Numbered from the stretch's first letter, positions 9,447-19,508 are shown. The stretch: DNA of 64,000 bases from Steroidobacteraceae bacterium (GCA_050179155.1 JBFXFJ010000005.1:108012-172011); one strand, 5' to 3'. Program-made: numbers and translations. Notes: generated from the sequence alone by a model not told the origin.

Positions 9447-10904
9447 TTGCACGGCGAACGCACGATCCGCTTCCTGCTGGACGGCGAGGTCCATACCGTC
9501 GCCGGCATTCCCCCGACGACGACCGTGCTCGAATATCTGCGCGAGCGCCTTGGCCGCACCGGCACCAAGGAAGGATGCGCGGAGGGCGACTGCGGTGCCT
9601 GCACGGTGGTCCTGGCCGAGATCGCGGGCGACGGTATCCGTTACCGGGCCATCAACGCCTGCATCCGGCTGCTGCCGACGCTGGACGGCAAGGCGCTGTT
9701 CACGGTCGAGAGCCTTGCATCGGCCGATGGCGAACTGCACCCGGCGCAGCGCGCAATGGTCGAGTGCCACGGCTCGCAGTGCGGGTTCTGCACGCCGGGT
9801 TTCGTCATGTCGCTGTTCGCGCTCTACCGCACGAACCGCAGTCCCGGCGCGGAGGATTTCCGTCATGCCCTTTCCGGAAACCTGTGCCGCTGCACGGGCT
9901 ACCGGCCGATCCTGGATGCCGCGCGGCACATGTTCGAATACCCGGACGACGGCCAGGCCGCGCGCGAGGCCGGGTTGCGCGAGCAGCTGCTCGCAATCCG
10001 CGTGAGCGGCGAGAAACGGCTGAATGCGGCGGGCCAGACCTGGATCGCGCCCGTCACGGCCGCGGGACTCGCCCAGGCACTCGCCTCGCGTCCGGACGCC
10101 ACGATTCTCGCCGGCGGCACCGACGTCGGCCTGCGGGTCACGAAGGAGCACGAGGACCTGCCGGAGGTCATCTATCTCGGCAACGTCGCGGAACTCGCGA
10201 CCATCGCCGCGCAGGACGAATACCTGGAGATCGGCGCCGCAGTCAGCCTGACTGACGCCTTCGCGGCGCTGATTGCGGAGTATCCGGACCTCCAGGAGAT
10301 GAGCCGGCGTTTCGCCTCGCCTCCGATCTGCAACGCCGGAACACTCGGCGGCAACGTTGCGAACGGTTCGCCGATCGGCGATTCGATGCCCGCATTGATC
10401 GCGCTCGGCGCAACCGTCGTGCTGCAGGGCGCCGACGGCGCGCGCAGCCTGCCGCTCGAGGACTTCTACCTCGATTACATGAAGAAGGACCTGCGGCCGG
10501 GCGAGTTCGTCGCCGCCATCCGGGTTCCCCGGGCGCGCCCGGGACGGATCCTGCGCTGCTACAAGATCGCGAAGCGCTTCGACCAGGACATCTCGGCCGT
10601 CTGCGGCGCCTTCGCCGTCGAACGGGAGGCGGGGCGCGTGCGTACGGTGCGCGTGTGTTTCGGCGGCATGGCGGCGACCGTGCGACGGGCCATGGCCTGC
10701 GAAGCCGCGCTCGCCGGAACCGGGCTCGAGCCGGCTGCGATCGGCCGGGCGATCGCGGCACTGGCCACGGATTTCCAGCCGATCACCGATTTCAGGGCTT
10801 CGCAGGCATACCGCCTGCAGGTCGCCGGCAGCCTGCTGCAACGCTTCGCGAACGAGGTCCTGCAACCGGATGGCAACGCGAGCGTGTGGTGCCATGCCGG
10901 CTGA
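9447..10904 (+). CDS. xdhA: xanthine dehydrogenase small subunit (2Fe-2S + FAD)
   Basis: TTG start, followed by IRFLLDGEV; motifs GCAEGDCGACTV, CHGSQCGFCTPGF and the FAD-domain GGTDVGL. The upstream part of ORF 8001..10904 is a shadow of guaD and uraH. Confidence 0.85.
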   Translation: MHGERTIRFLLDGEVHTVAGIPPTTTVLEYLRERLGRTGTKEGCAEGDCGACTVVLAEIAGDGIRYRAINACIRLLPTLDGKALFTVESLASADGELHPAQRAMVECHGSQCGFCTPGFVMSLFALYRTNRSPGAEDFRHALSGNLCRCTGYRPILDAARHMFEYPDDGQAAREAGLREQLLAIRVSGEKRLNAAGQTWIAPVTAAGLAQALASRPDATILAGGTDVGLRVTKEHEDLPEVIYLGNVAELATIAAQDEYLEIGAAVSLTDAFAALIAEYPDLQEMSRRFASPPICNAGTLGGNVANGSPIGDSMPALIALGATVVLQGADGARSLPLEDFYLDYMKKDLRPGEFVAAIRVPRARPGRILRCYKIAKRFDQDISAVCGAFAVEREAGRVRTVRVCFGGMAATVRRAMACEAALAGTGLEPAAIGRAIAALATDFQPITDFRASQAYRLQVAGSLLQRFANEVLQPDGNASVWCHAG

Positions 10905-13236
10905 CCCCGGTGCACGCGACCGGACGCTCGTCCGCGGCGTCGGCGCGGCAGAGCCGCATGAAAGTGCCCGCCTGCACGTCACGGGCGAGGCACTCTACAC
11001 CGACGACGTGGCGCTGCCCGACGGCAGCCTCCATGCAGCGATCGGCATCGCGGCATGCGCTCATGCCCGCATCCGCCGGATGGACCTGGACGCAGTCCGC
11101 TCGGCGCCTGGCGTCGTCGTGGTGCTGACGGCTGCGGACATTCCGGGCGAGAACAACCATGGCCCGGTGGTGCATGACGACCCGATCTTCGCCGTGGATA
11201 TGGTCGAGTACGCGGGCCAGTCGCTTTTTGCGGTGATCGCGAAGTCGGTGCGCGCGGCGCGCAAGGCCGTGCGGCTGGCGCGGATCGAATATGAGGAACT
11301 CGAACCGGTTCGCGACGCGAAATCCGCGCTCGAACGCCAGTCATTCGTGTTGCCCACCCGGACGATCGCCCGCGGCGATCCGCCGCTTCGCATCCGCACC
11401 GCGCCCCGCCGGTTGCACGGCGCGCTCGCCCTCGGCGGGCAGGAACACTTCTACCTCGAGGGCCAGGTCGGCGTCGCCCTGCCCGGCGAGGACCGCACGA
11501 TGCTGGTGCTGAGCTCGACCCAGCATCCGAGCGAGGTGCAGCGCCTGGTCGCGCACTGCCTCGGCCTCGACGCCAAGGACGTCGTCGTCCAGTGCCGGCG
11601 CATGGGCGGCGGCTTTGGCGGCAAGGAGACGCAGCCGGCGCTGGTCGCCTGCATCGCCGCACTCGGCGCCCGGAAAACCGGCCGGCCCGTGAAGCTCCGT
11701 CTCGATCGCGATGCCGACATGCTGATCACCGGCAAGCGCCATCCATTCGAGCTCGATTACGAGGTCGGATTCAGCGACGACGGCGTCATCTCCGGCATCC
11801 GCCTGACGATGGCCTCCAACTGCGGCCGTTCCGTGGACCTGTCGGACGCGGTCAACGGGCGCGCGATGTTCCATGCGGACAACTGCTACTTCCTGTCCGA
11901 CGTCGAAATCGTTTCGCACCGCTGCAAGACCCACCAGCCCTCGCACACCGCGTTTCGCGGCTTCGGCGGCCCGCAGGGCATGATGCTGATCGAGTCCGTC
12001 ATTGACGACATCGCCCGCACGCTGGGCAAGGATCCGCTCCAGGTCCGCCGCGCGAATTTCTATGCCGGGGCCGGCCGCAACGTCACCCCCTACGGCATGA
12101 CGGTCGAGGACAACATCATCGCGCCGATCGTGGACGAGCTCGTGCGGCGCGCAGATTACGAGGGTCGTCGCGCACAGATCGAGGCCTTCAATGCCGCGAA
12201 TGCGGTGCTGAAGCGCGGCATCGCGCTGACGCCGGTGAAGTTTGGCATTTCGTTCACGGCCACCCATCTCAACCAGGCCGGCGCGCTGCTGCACGTCTAT
12301 ACCGACGGCTCGATCCTGCTGAATCACGGCGGCACCGAGATGGGCCAGGGCCTGCACACCAAGGTGGCGCAGGTCGTCGCGCAGGAACTGCAGGTGGACC
12401 TCGGGCGCATCCGGTGCAGCGCCACCGACACGAGCAAGGTGCCGAATACCTCGGCGACGGCGGCTTCCGCCAGCAGCGACCTCAATGGCAAGGCCGCGCA
12501 GGCTGCCGCCCGCACGATCCGTCAGCGGCTGACCGATTTCGCGGCGGCGAAGTACGGCGTGCCGGCCGGCGAGATCGCATTCCAGGCCGGCCGGGTGATC
12601 GTCGGCGGGCAGGCAAGCCTCGCGTTCGACGAATTGGTCGGTCTCGCCTACCACGCCCGCGTTCCGCTCTCGGCCACGGGGTTCTATGCGACGCCGAAGA
12701 TCGGATATGACCCGAAGTCGATGACGGGCCGGCCCTTCTACTACTTCTGCTACGGCGCTGCGGTCTCGGAGGTCGTGATCGACACGCTGACGGGCGAATC
12801 GAAGCTGCTGCGTGTCGACATCCTTCACGACGTCGGCGAATCGCTCAACCCGGCGATCGACATGGGCCAGGTCGAGGGCGGCTTCATCCAGGGTGTCGGC
12901 TGGCTGACCAGCGAGGAACTCTGGTGGGATGGCCGTGGCCGGCTCAAGACCCACGCGCCATCGACCTACAAGATCCCGACCGCATCCGACTGGCCGCGCA
13001 CGTTCAATGTCGACCTGGTCCCCTGGGGCCGGAACCAGGAAGACAGCATCTACCGGTCGAAGGCCGTCGGCGAACCGCCGTTGATGCTGGCGATGTCGGT
13101 GTTCTTCGCGATCCGCGACGCCATCGCCGCCGGTGCCGGGGGCGGCCTGCCGAGGCTTGATGCGCCGGCGACACCGGAGCGCATCCTCGGCGCACTCGGG
13201 GAACTGCGCGAGCGCAACGCCGGCGCGGCGCGCTGA
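10870..13236 (+). CDS. xdhB: xanthine dehydrogenase molybdopterin-binding subunit
   Basis: 788 aa with motifs HESARLHVTGEALYTDD, GGGFGGKE and TAFRGFGGPQG. The start could alternatively be the ATG at 10894, and it overlaps the xdhA stop. Confidence 0.9.
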   Translation: MATRACGAMPADPGARDRTLVRGVGAAEPHESARLHVTGEALYTDDVALPDGSLHAAIGIAACAHARIRRMDLDAVRSAPGVVVVLTAADIPGENNHGPVVHDDPIFAVDMVEYAGQSLFAVIAKSVRAARKAVRLARIEYEELEPVRDAKSALERQSFVLPTRTIARGDPPLRIRTAPRRLHGALALGGQEHFYLEGQVGVALPGEDRTMLVLSSTQHPSEVQRLVAHCLGLDAKDVVVQCRRMGGGFGGKETQPALVACIAALGARKTGRPVKLRLDRDADMLITGKRHPFELDYEVGFSDDGVISGIRLTMASNCGRSVDLSDAVNGRAMFHADNCYFLSDVEIVSHRCKTHQPSHTAFRGFGGPQGMMLIESVIDDIARTLGKDPLQVRRANFYAGAGRNVTPYGMTVEDNIIAPIVDELVRRADYEGRRAQIEAFNAANAVLKRGIALTPVKFGISFTATHLNQAGALLHVYTDGSILLNHGGTEMGQGLHTKVAQVVAQELQVDLGRIRCSATDTSKVPNTSATAASASSDLNGKAAQAAARTIRQRLTDFAAAKYGVPAGEIAFQAGRVIVGGQASLAFDELVGLAYHARVPLSATGFYATPKIGYDPKSMTGRPFYYFCYGAAVSEVVIDTLTGESKLLRVDILHDVGESLNPAIDMGQVEGGFIQGVGWLTSEELWWDGRGRLKTHAPSTYKIPTASDWPRTFNVDLVPWGRNQEDSIYRSKAVGEPPLMLAMSVFFAIRDAIAAGAGGGLPRLDAPATPERILGALGELRERNAGAAR

Positions 13237-13241
13237 TCCGC

Positions 13242-14438
13242 ATGGCCATCGAAGCCTATGTCCTCGACTGGCTGAACCTGGTGTTGCGCTGGGCGCACGT
13301 GATCACCGGCATCGCCTGGATCGGCTCGTCCTTCTACTTCATGTGGCTCGATGCGCGGCTCAACGTGCCGCCGCGCAATCCCGAGGGCCCGGACGTCGCC
13401 GGCGACCTGTGGGCGGTCCACGGCGGCGGCTTCTATCACGCGCAGAAGTACAGGATCGCGCCTGGCGAGCTGCCCGAGCCGCTGCACTGGTTCAAGTGGG
13501 AAGCCTACGCCACCTGGCTCACGGGCTTCCTGCTGCTGGCCGTCGTTTATTACGCGAACGCCGGGACGCTGCTCGTCGATCCGGCGGTGGCCGGCATCAG
13601 CGCCGGCACCGCGATCGTCCTGAGCCTCGCGCTGCTGCCCGCCGGATGGCTGCTCTACGACGCGCTCTGCCGCTTCGGACCGCGTGGCAGCGCGTTCGCG
13701 GCGCTGGGCGCGGCGCTGGTGCTCGGCCTCTGCTTTGGCGCCAGCCAGTTCTTTGGCGGACGCGGCGCCTTCATGCAGGTCGGCGTCATGCTGGGCACGA
13801 TCATGGCTGCGAACGTCTGGCGCGTGATCATCCCGTCGCAGAAGGCGCTGGTCGCCGCCAAGCTCGCGGGCAGCGCGCCCGATCCGGCGCTCGCTGCGCG
13901 CGCCAAGCAGCGCTCGGTGCACAACAACTACCTGACGTTGCCGGTCGTGTTCGTGATGATCAGCCCGCATTTCGCATTCGCGTATTCGCACCGCCATGGC
14001 TGGCTGGTCCTGTTCCTGATGTTCGTCGGCGGTGCGACGGTCCGGCACTGGTTCAACCTGCGCAACCAGGGACGTCCTCGCGCCGTGCTGCCGGTCGCGG
14101 CCCTTGCGCTCGGTGTCGCGCTCGCCATCGCGCTCACACCCCGCGATCCGGGGGACGCATCGACGCCGGCGCAGGAGGTTTCGTTCGCGCGCGTGAACCG
14201 GATCATCCACGCGCGCTGCGTGACCTGCCATTCGGCGGCGCCCGATCATCCGACCGCGCCGGTCGCGGCCGCCGGCGTCACCTTCGACACGCCGCGCGAG
14301 GTCAAGGCCTGGGCACCGCGGATCCACGAGCGCGCCGTCGCGACCCGGACCATGCCGTTGGCCAACCTTACGGGGATGACGGACGAGGAACGCGCGCTGA
14401 TCGCGCGCTGGTACGCGGGCGGCGCGCCCGCCGACTAG
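13242..14438 (+). CDS. puuD: urate hydroxylase PuuD (membrane protein with C-terminal cytochrome c domain)
   Basis: Multi-pass N-terminus (LRWAHVITGIAWIGSSFYFMWLD) plus a C-terminal haem c site CVTCHS. It starts 5 nt after xdhB, within the ureide pathway cluster. Confidence 0.75.
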   Translation: MAIEAYVLDWLNLVLRWAHVITGIAWIGSSFYFMWLDARLNVPPRNPEGPDVAGDLWAVHGGGFYHAQKYRIAPGELPEPLHWFKWEAYATWLTGFLLLAVVYYANAGTLLVDPAVAGISAGTAIVLSLALLPAGWLLYDALCRFGPRGSAFAALGAALVLGLCFGASQFFGGRGAFMQVGVMLGTIMAANVWRVIIPSQKALVAAKLAGSAPDPALAARAKQRSVHNNYLTLPVVFVMISPHFAFAYSHRHGWLVLFLMFVGGATVRHWFNLRNQGRPRAVLPVAALALGVALAIALTPRDPGDASTPAQEVSFARVNRIIHARCVTCHSAAPDHPTAPVAAAGVTFDTPREVKAWAPRIHERAVATRTMPLANLTGMTDEERALIARWYAGGAPAD

Positions 14439-14944
14439 CCGGGTCGCTGCAACTCGATTCCCGCGTCGCCGAACCGGAATTCGTCGCAGTTCGAGCCCGG
14501 ACCCGCGCGATCGATCACGAGGAACTCGCCCGTGCCGGCAAGCGCGATCAGCGGGTGATGCCAGGCGCCGCGGCGGTAGTTGACGCCCTGGTGTCCGTCC
14601 GTCACGAAGGCGCGCACGGCCGCCCGGTCCGGCACGGCGGCGGGGGGCGCCACGACGACCAGGAACCGCTCGCCCGATAGCGGCATGAAGAGCTGGCTCC
14701 CGAGTGGATGGCGTTCGAGCAGTTGGATCGGGAGCGGCAGCGAATATGGCGTGGCGCGATAGATGCTGACGCAGGGGCGCCCGCCCTCGGCCGCGACATC
14801 GATGCCGGCCAGGTCGCCGAACTGCCGCGTCGTGCCGTTGTTGATGAGCCCGGAGCGGCCGCGGGCCTCGACCACGTCGCCGAATTCCGCGAAGGCCGCG
14901 GCGGTCAGCGATTCCGCAATGAGGGTGCGCGGTATGGGGCTCAC
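14435..14944 (-). CDS. allA: ureidoglycolate lyase
   Basis: 169 aa with motifs INNGTTRQF, LERHPLGSQLFMPL and FLVVVAPP. Its GTG start overlaps the alc stop (GTGA). Confidence 0.8.
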   Translation of the reverse strand: MSPIPRTLIAESLTAAAFAEFGDVVEARGRSGLINNGTTRQFGDLAGIDVAAEGGRPCVSIYRATPYSLPLPIQLLERHPLGSQLFMPLSGERFLVVVAPPAAVPDRAAVRAFVTDGHQGVNYRRGAWHHPLIALAGTGEFLVIDRAGPGSNCDEFRFGDAGIELQRPG

Positions 14945-15930
14945 GACCGCGCGACCGTGCCGAAGAGCCGCAGCCTCGAGACGCCGCCGTCCGGGTGGAT
15001 GGTCATGCGCACGTGCGACACGGGCCCGAGATTCACGACCTGCGGCGAGAAATGATGCACGGCGTCGGCCGAGAGCTTCTGCTCCGGCAGCAGCACCGGC
15101 CAGTTCGCGCTCGCGGCCTCGAGCGCATCGTCGGCGACGCCATGCACGCTCGCCGCCTGCAGCGACACGCGATCCGGGAAGTTGCCGCGGAAGTGCGCGG
15201 TATCCACCTCCACCTCCCGGATCAGGCCGGGATGGCCGAGCTTCACGATCACCCAGTCGGCGCCGGGCTCGCGCCGGCGCCGCGTCTCCCAGCCATCGCC
15301 CATGTTCACGCCGCGGCCGGGACGGTTCAGGTTGCGGATGCTGCCGTAGTGCTGGTCGTTCGCGCAGAGCGCGACCCCGCCCCGCTCCACAGCAAACAGG
15401 TCGACGAGTTCGTCGTCGCGGACCGCGCTCCAGTCCGCCTGGACGACGCCCCAGGCGCGGAATCGCGCGATGCCGCCGTCCGGAATGATGTTCAGCCGCA
15501 GCGACCGCCAGGCCGGGCCATCATCGACCGGAAACAGGTTGTGGCGATTGCCGCCCAGTTCGCGCACCGGAACGATCGGGGTCCAGCGGGTGCCGGGCTG
15601 CAGCGGGTCCGGGTCCGCCGTGGCATCGACCGACGCGCGCGGCGGGTAGTTGCCGGTGAAATGGCGCGTGTCGAGATCGAGAAGTCTCACGACGCCGGGG
15701 TAAGCGAGCCGGACCACACATGAATCATGCCCCGGCGTGCGGCGGCGGCGCGTCTCCCAGCCGTCCATCCACTGGCCGTGCTCGTCGAAAGTGCCGGCGC
15801 GGAACACGGGCTCCGATGCTTGCAGCATCCGTTCTTTCGCGGCGAAGAATTCGTCGTTGGCCCACAGTGCCAGGGCGCCCTGCGAGCCATCCGCCAGGTT
15901 GACGAGGCCGGCCGGGATGTCGTCACTCAT
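14941..15930 (-). CDS. alc: allantoicase
   Basis: 329 aa with a duplicated allantoicase repeat: WMDGWETRRRR and MGDGWETRRRR. Confidence 0.85.
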   Translation of the reverse strand: MSDDIPAGLVNLADGSQGALALWANDEFFAAKERMLQASEPVFRAGTFDEHGQWMDGWETRRRRTPGHDSCVVRLAYPGVVRLLDLDTRHFTGNYPPRASVDATADPDPLQPGTRWTPIVPVRELGGNRHNLFPVDDGPAWRSLRLNIIPDGGIARFRAWGVVQADWSAVRDDELVDLFAVERGGVALCANDQHYGSIRNLNRPGRGVNMGDGWETRRRREPGADWVIVKLGHPGLIREVEVDTAHFRGNFPDRVSLQAASVHGVADDALEAASANWPVLLPEQKLSADAVHHFSPQVVNLGPVSHVRMTIHPDGGVSRLRLFGTVARS

Positions 15931-15986
15931 CGAATGAATATAAACTGCCGCGCACCGGCTGCCTAATCGAACCGATTCTCCCGACC

Positions 15987-16907
15987 ATGCAATCCGACTA
16001 TCCGCGCGACATGACCGGCTACGGCGCGAATCCGCCCGATCCGCAATGGCCGGGCGGCGCGCGGCTCGCGCTGCAATTCGTGCTCAACTACGAGGAAGGC
16101 GCCGAGCAATGCGTGCTGCACGGCGACGCCGCTTCCGAGACCTTCCTGTCCGACATCGCGGGCGCGAAACCCTGTGCGGGCGCGCGCCACATGAGCATGG
16201 AGTCGCTCTACGAATACGGCAGCCGTGCCGGCGTCTGGCGTCTGCTGCGCGCGTTCGAACGCCGCAAGCTGCCCCTGACGGTGTTCGGCGTCGCGATGGC
16301 GTTGCAGCGTAATCCCGAAGTGGTCGCCGCTTTCCAGGCTGCCGGGCACGAGATCGCAAGCCATGGCTGGCGCTGGATCGATTACCAGTCCGTCGACGCC
16401 GAGACCGAAAGGCAGCACATCGCGCTCGCAGTCGAGGCGATCCGGCAGCTCACCGGCGCGCCGCCGCTCGGCTGGTACACCGGGCGCGACAGCCCGAACA
16501 CGCGGCGGCTCGTGGTCGAGCACGGCGGATTCCTTTATGACGCCGATTCCTATGCCGACGACCTGCCCTACTGGCAGCGGGTCGGCGGCAAGGATCACCT
16601 GGTCGTGCCCTACACGCTCGACTGCAACGACATGCGCTTTGCGACGCCCTCGGGCTTCGCGACCGGCGACGAGTTCTTCTCGTACCTGCGCGACGCGTTC
16701 GACGTCCTCTACCGCGAGGGCGAAACCGCGCCCAAGATGATGTCGGTCGGCCTGCACTGCCGCCTCGCGGGCCGGCCGGCGCGCACTGCCGCGCTCGAGC
16801 GGTTCCTGGACCATGTGCAGCGGCATCAGCAGGTCTGGATCTGCCGCCGCGTGGACATCGCGCGCCACTGGATCACCCACCATCCCGCGGGCCGCCCGGC
16901 GCGATGA
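15987..16907 (+). CDS. puuE: allantoinase PuuE (polysaccharide deacetylase family)
   Basis: 306 aa with motifs DYPRDMTGYG, LALQFVLNYEEG and HGWRWIDY. It is divergent from alc. Confidence 0.85.
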   Translation: MQSDYPRDMTGYGANPPDPQWPGGARLALQFVLNYEEGAEQCVLHGDAASETFLSDIAGAKPCAGARHMSMESLYEYGSRAGVWRLLRAFERRKLPLTVFGVAMALQRNPEVVAAFQAAGHEIASHGWRWIDYQSVDAETERQHIALAVEAIRQLTGAPPLGWYTGRDSPNTRRLVVEHGGFLYDADSYADDLPYWQRVGGKDHLVVPYTLDCNDMRFATPSGFATGDEFFSYLRDAFDVLYREGETAPKMMSVGLHCRLAGRPARTAALERFLDHVQRHQQVWICRRVDIARHWITHHPAGRPAR

Positions 16908-17407
16908 CGGCCGTGGTGCGGTCGATCGAAGAGGCTAATTCGCTCGACCGCGCGGCCTTCGTCGCCCGCTTCGGCGGCATCTACGAGAAGTCCCCATGGG
17001 TTGCCGAGGAAGCCTGGGAACGCAGGCCGTTTGCCGATCGTGATGCGCTCGAGCACGCGATGCAGGACACCGTGCGGCAGGCCAGCCACGCGCGCCAGCT
17101 CGAACTCCTGCGCGCGCATCCGCGGCTCGGCACGCGGCTCGCGCTATCCGGGTATTCGCAGATGGAGCAGGCCGGCGCCGGGCTCGGCGAGCTGACCGCT
17201 GCCGAACGATCCGAGCTCGAGGCGCTCAACGAATCCTATGAGCGGAAGTTCGGCTTTCCCTTCATCTACGCGGTGCGCAACGCCAGCCTGCGCGCAATCC
17301 TCGAGAGCTGCCGGAGCCGGATCGGCGCCGACGCCGGTGCCGAGTTTGACGAAAGCCTGCGCCAGGTGTTCCGGATCGCGGCGTTTCGCCTCGCCGACTT
17401 CTGCTGA
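16904..17407 (+). CDS. uraD: 2-oxo-4-hydroxy-4-carboxy-5-ureidoimidazoline (OHCU) decarboxylase
   Basis: 167 aa with motifs FGGIYEKSPWVAE, LLRAHPRLG and KFGFPFIY. ATGA overlap with puuE. Confidence 0.85.
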   Translation: MTAVVRSIEEANSLDRAAFVARFGGIYEKSPWVAEEAWERRPFADRDALEHAMQDTVRQASHARQLELLRAHPRLGTRLALSGYSQMEQAGAGLGELTAAERSELEALNESYERKFGFPFIYAVRNASLRAILESCRSRIGADAGAEFDESLRQVFRIAAFRLADFC

Positions 17408-17416
17408 GCGGCGGTC

Positions 17417-19477
17417 GTGACGGATCTGAAGTGGTCGCCGTGGTTCCTGCTTGCCGTCCTGCTGGACAGCACAGGGTCCGCGGCCGCCACGGAGCCACTC
17501 GACGCGGTCATCGTCACGGCGACGCGCAGTCCGCTCGCGCTCATCGACTACCCGGGCAGTGCGACGCGCCTCGAGACCGGAGCCATCGAACTGACCGGCG
17601 CGACGCACCCCTCCGAGCTTCTGAACCGCGCGCCCGGCGCGATGGTCCAGCACGGCAGCGGCCAGGAATCGCTGACGGCACTGCGTTCGCCGGTGCTGAC
17701 CGGCGCCGGCGCCTGTGGCGCCGTGCTCGTGCTCGAAGACGGCATCCCGATCCGGCCCGTCGGCAGCTGCAACGTCAACGAGATGTTCGAGGTCAATTAC
17801 GAGCAGGCAGCCGCCCTCGAGATTCTGCGCGGACCCGGCAGCGCGCTCTACGGGTCAAGCGCGGTCCACGGCATCGTCAACGTGATCCCGCCGCTTCCGC
17901 GCGAGTTGCCCGCATTCGGCATCGCGATCGAGGCCGGCAGCGACGACTATCGCCAGGCACGGATGACTGCCTCGACGGATTCCGGCAGTCACGGATCCGG
18001 CATTGCGCTGCTCGCGACCCACGACGGCGGCTGGCGCGATGCGTCGGGCTTCAACGAACAGAAGCTCAATGCCGTGCGGGTCCAGCCTTACGCGTCGGGC
18101 GAACTGACCCTGCGCTTCGCGGCGACGCGGCTCGACCAGGAGACCGCCGGTTTTATCACCGGTGAGGACGCGTATCGCGACGCGACGATCGCGAGCTCGA
18201 ATCCGGATCCCGAGGCCTATCGCGATGCGCACAGCCTGCGCATGAGCGCGCGTTACCGCAACGAGTCCGGCCTCGAATGGCGCGGCTACCTGCGCAGCTC
18301 GCGCATGGATTTCCTCCAGCACTTCCTGCTGGGCCAGCCGGTCGAGGACAACGGCCAGGACAGCGCCGGGCTGCTGTGGTCGTTCGCACGCACCGGTGTC
18401 GCCGGCGGCGAGCTGGTCGTGGGCGCGGATGCCGAGGTCGCCGCGAGCACGCTCTCGCAGTTCCAGGAAGGCCCTACGACGGAAGGCACCCCGGCGCAGA
18501 ATGCCATCCGTCCGGCCGGCCGGCACTACGACTACGCGGTGGATTCTGCGCTGGCGGCGGGCTATGTGACCTGGCGGCGGCCGCTCGCGCCCGGCTGGTC
18601 GCTGGAAGCCGGCGCACGACTCGAATGGGTGCGGTATGACTACGACAACCGCATGATCGACGGCAACACGGACGAGGCAGGCGTCCCCTGCCCCGGCGGC
18701 TGCCTCTATTCGCGGCCCGCCGACCGCACGGATGAATTCACCAATTTTGCGCCGCGCTTCTCGCTGGTCTGGCGGCCCATCGAGGGCATCGCGAGCTACC
18801 TCGCGCTGGCTCGCGGTTTCCGCGCGCCGGAAGTGACCGAGCTCTATCGCCTGCAGCGCCAGCAATCGGTCGCCGACCTCGATTCAGAGCACGTGGACGC
18901 AGTGGAACTCGGACTGCGCTGGCGCGGTGCCGGCGCGCGCATCGACCTGGCTGCCTACGCGATGGACAAGGACAACGTGATCCTGCGCGATTCGGCCGGC
19001 TTCAATGTGAGCGATGGCAAGACGCGGCATCGCGGCATCGAATACGAATTCGACTGGAGTCCTGCCGAGGGCTGGTCAATCGCCGGCGCCGGCAGCTACG
19101 CGCGGCACGAGTACCGGTTCACGGCGGCCGTCGAACAGGGCGAGCAGATCACCTCGGGCGACGACATCGACACGGCCCCGCGCGAGCTGCATGCGCTGCG
19201 CCTGCGCCGCGAGTCGGGCTCGCTCGCGGCGGAACTCGAATGGCTGCACGTTGGAAACTACTGGGCCAATGCCGCAAACACGGCCCGCTACGGCGGTCAC
19301 GACCTCCTGAACCTGCGGCTGTCCTGGCAGCCGCGACCCGCCTGGTCGGTCACCGCGCGCGTGATCAACCTGTCGGATGCCGAGTTCGCGGATCGCGCGG
19401 ACTTCGCTTTCGGCAGCTATCGCTATTTCCCCGGACGCGACCGTGCGTTCTTCGTCGAATTGGGCTGGCATCAGTAA
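17417..19477 (+). CDS. TonB-dependent outer-membrane receptor
   Basis: Signal peptide, TonB-box/plug region (DAVIVTATRSP..., LRGPGSALYGSSAVHGIVNV), and a long beta-barrel ending ...FFVELGWHQ. It starts 9 nt after uraD. Confidence 0.85.
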   Translation: MTDLKWSPWFLLAVLLDSTGSAAATEPLDAVIVTATRSPLALIDYPGSATRLETGAIELTGATHPSELLNRAPGAMVQHGSGQESLTALRSPVLTGAGACGAVLVLEDGIPIRPVGSCNVNEMFEVNYEQAAALEILRGPGSALYGSSAVHGIVNVIPPLPRELPAFGIAIEAGSDDYRQARMTASTDSGSHGSGIALLATHDGGWRDASGFNEQKLNAVRVQPYASGELTLRFAATRLDQETAGFITGEDAYRDATIASSNPDPEAYRDAHSLRMSARYRNESGLEWRGYLRSSRMDFLQHFLLGQPVEDNGQDSAGLLWSFARTGVAGGELVVGADAEVAASTLSQFQEGPTTEGTPAQNAIRPAGRHYDYAVDSALAAGYVTWRRPLAPGWSLEAGARLEWVRYDYDNRMIDGNTDEAGVPCPGGCLYSRPADRTDEFTNFAPRFSLVWRPIEGIASYLALARGFRAPEVTELYRLQRQQSVADLDSEHVDAVELGLRWRGAGARIDLAAYAMDKDNVILRDSAGFNVSDGKTRHRGIEYEFDWSPAEGWSIAGAGSYARHEYRFTAAVEQGEQITSGDDIDTAPRELHALRLRRESGSLAAELEWLHVGNYWANAANTARYGGHDLLNLRLSWQPRPAWSVTARVINLSDAEFADRADFAFGSYRYFPGRDRAFFVELGWHQ

Positions 19478-19508
19478 AAGGGGTGCGTCCCCTCTTGCGT
19501 CCCCTTTT
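19476..19508. terminator. bidirectional hairpin between convergent TBDR and aguA stops
   Basis: aaaagggg (19476-19483) pairs with cccctttt (19501-19508). A/T runs on both sides allow it to act in both orientations. Confidence 0.5.

Noticed and set aside
8001-10904. A 967-aa ORF that looks like a giant protein spanning guaD, uraH and xdhA.
   Set aside because: Only the last roughly 485 codons are XdhA. The upstream part is Arg/Ala/Pro-rich shadow sequence lying antisense to guaD and out of frame with uraH. This is typical of open frames in very G+C-rich DNA.
13237-13241. An xdhC chaperone gene downstream of xdhB.
   Set aside because: Only 5 nt separate xdhB from puuD, and no XdhC-like ORF occurs anywhere in the cluster. 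I report it as absent rather than missed.
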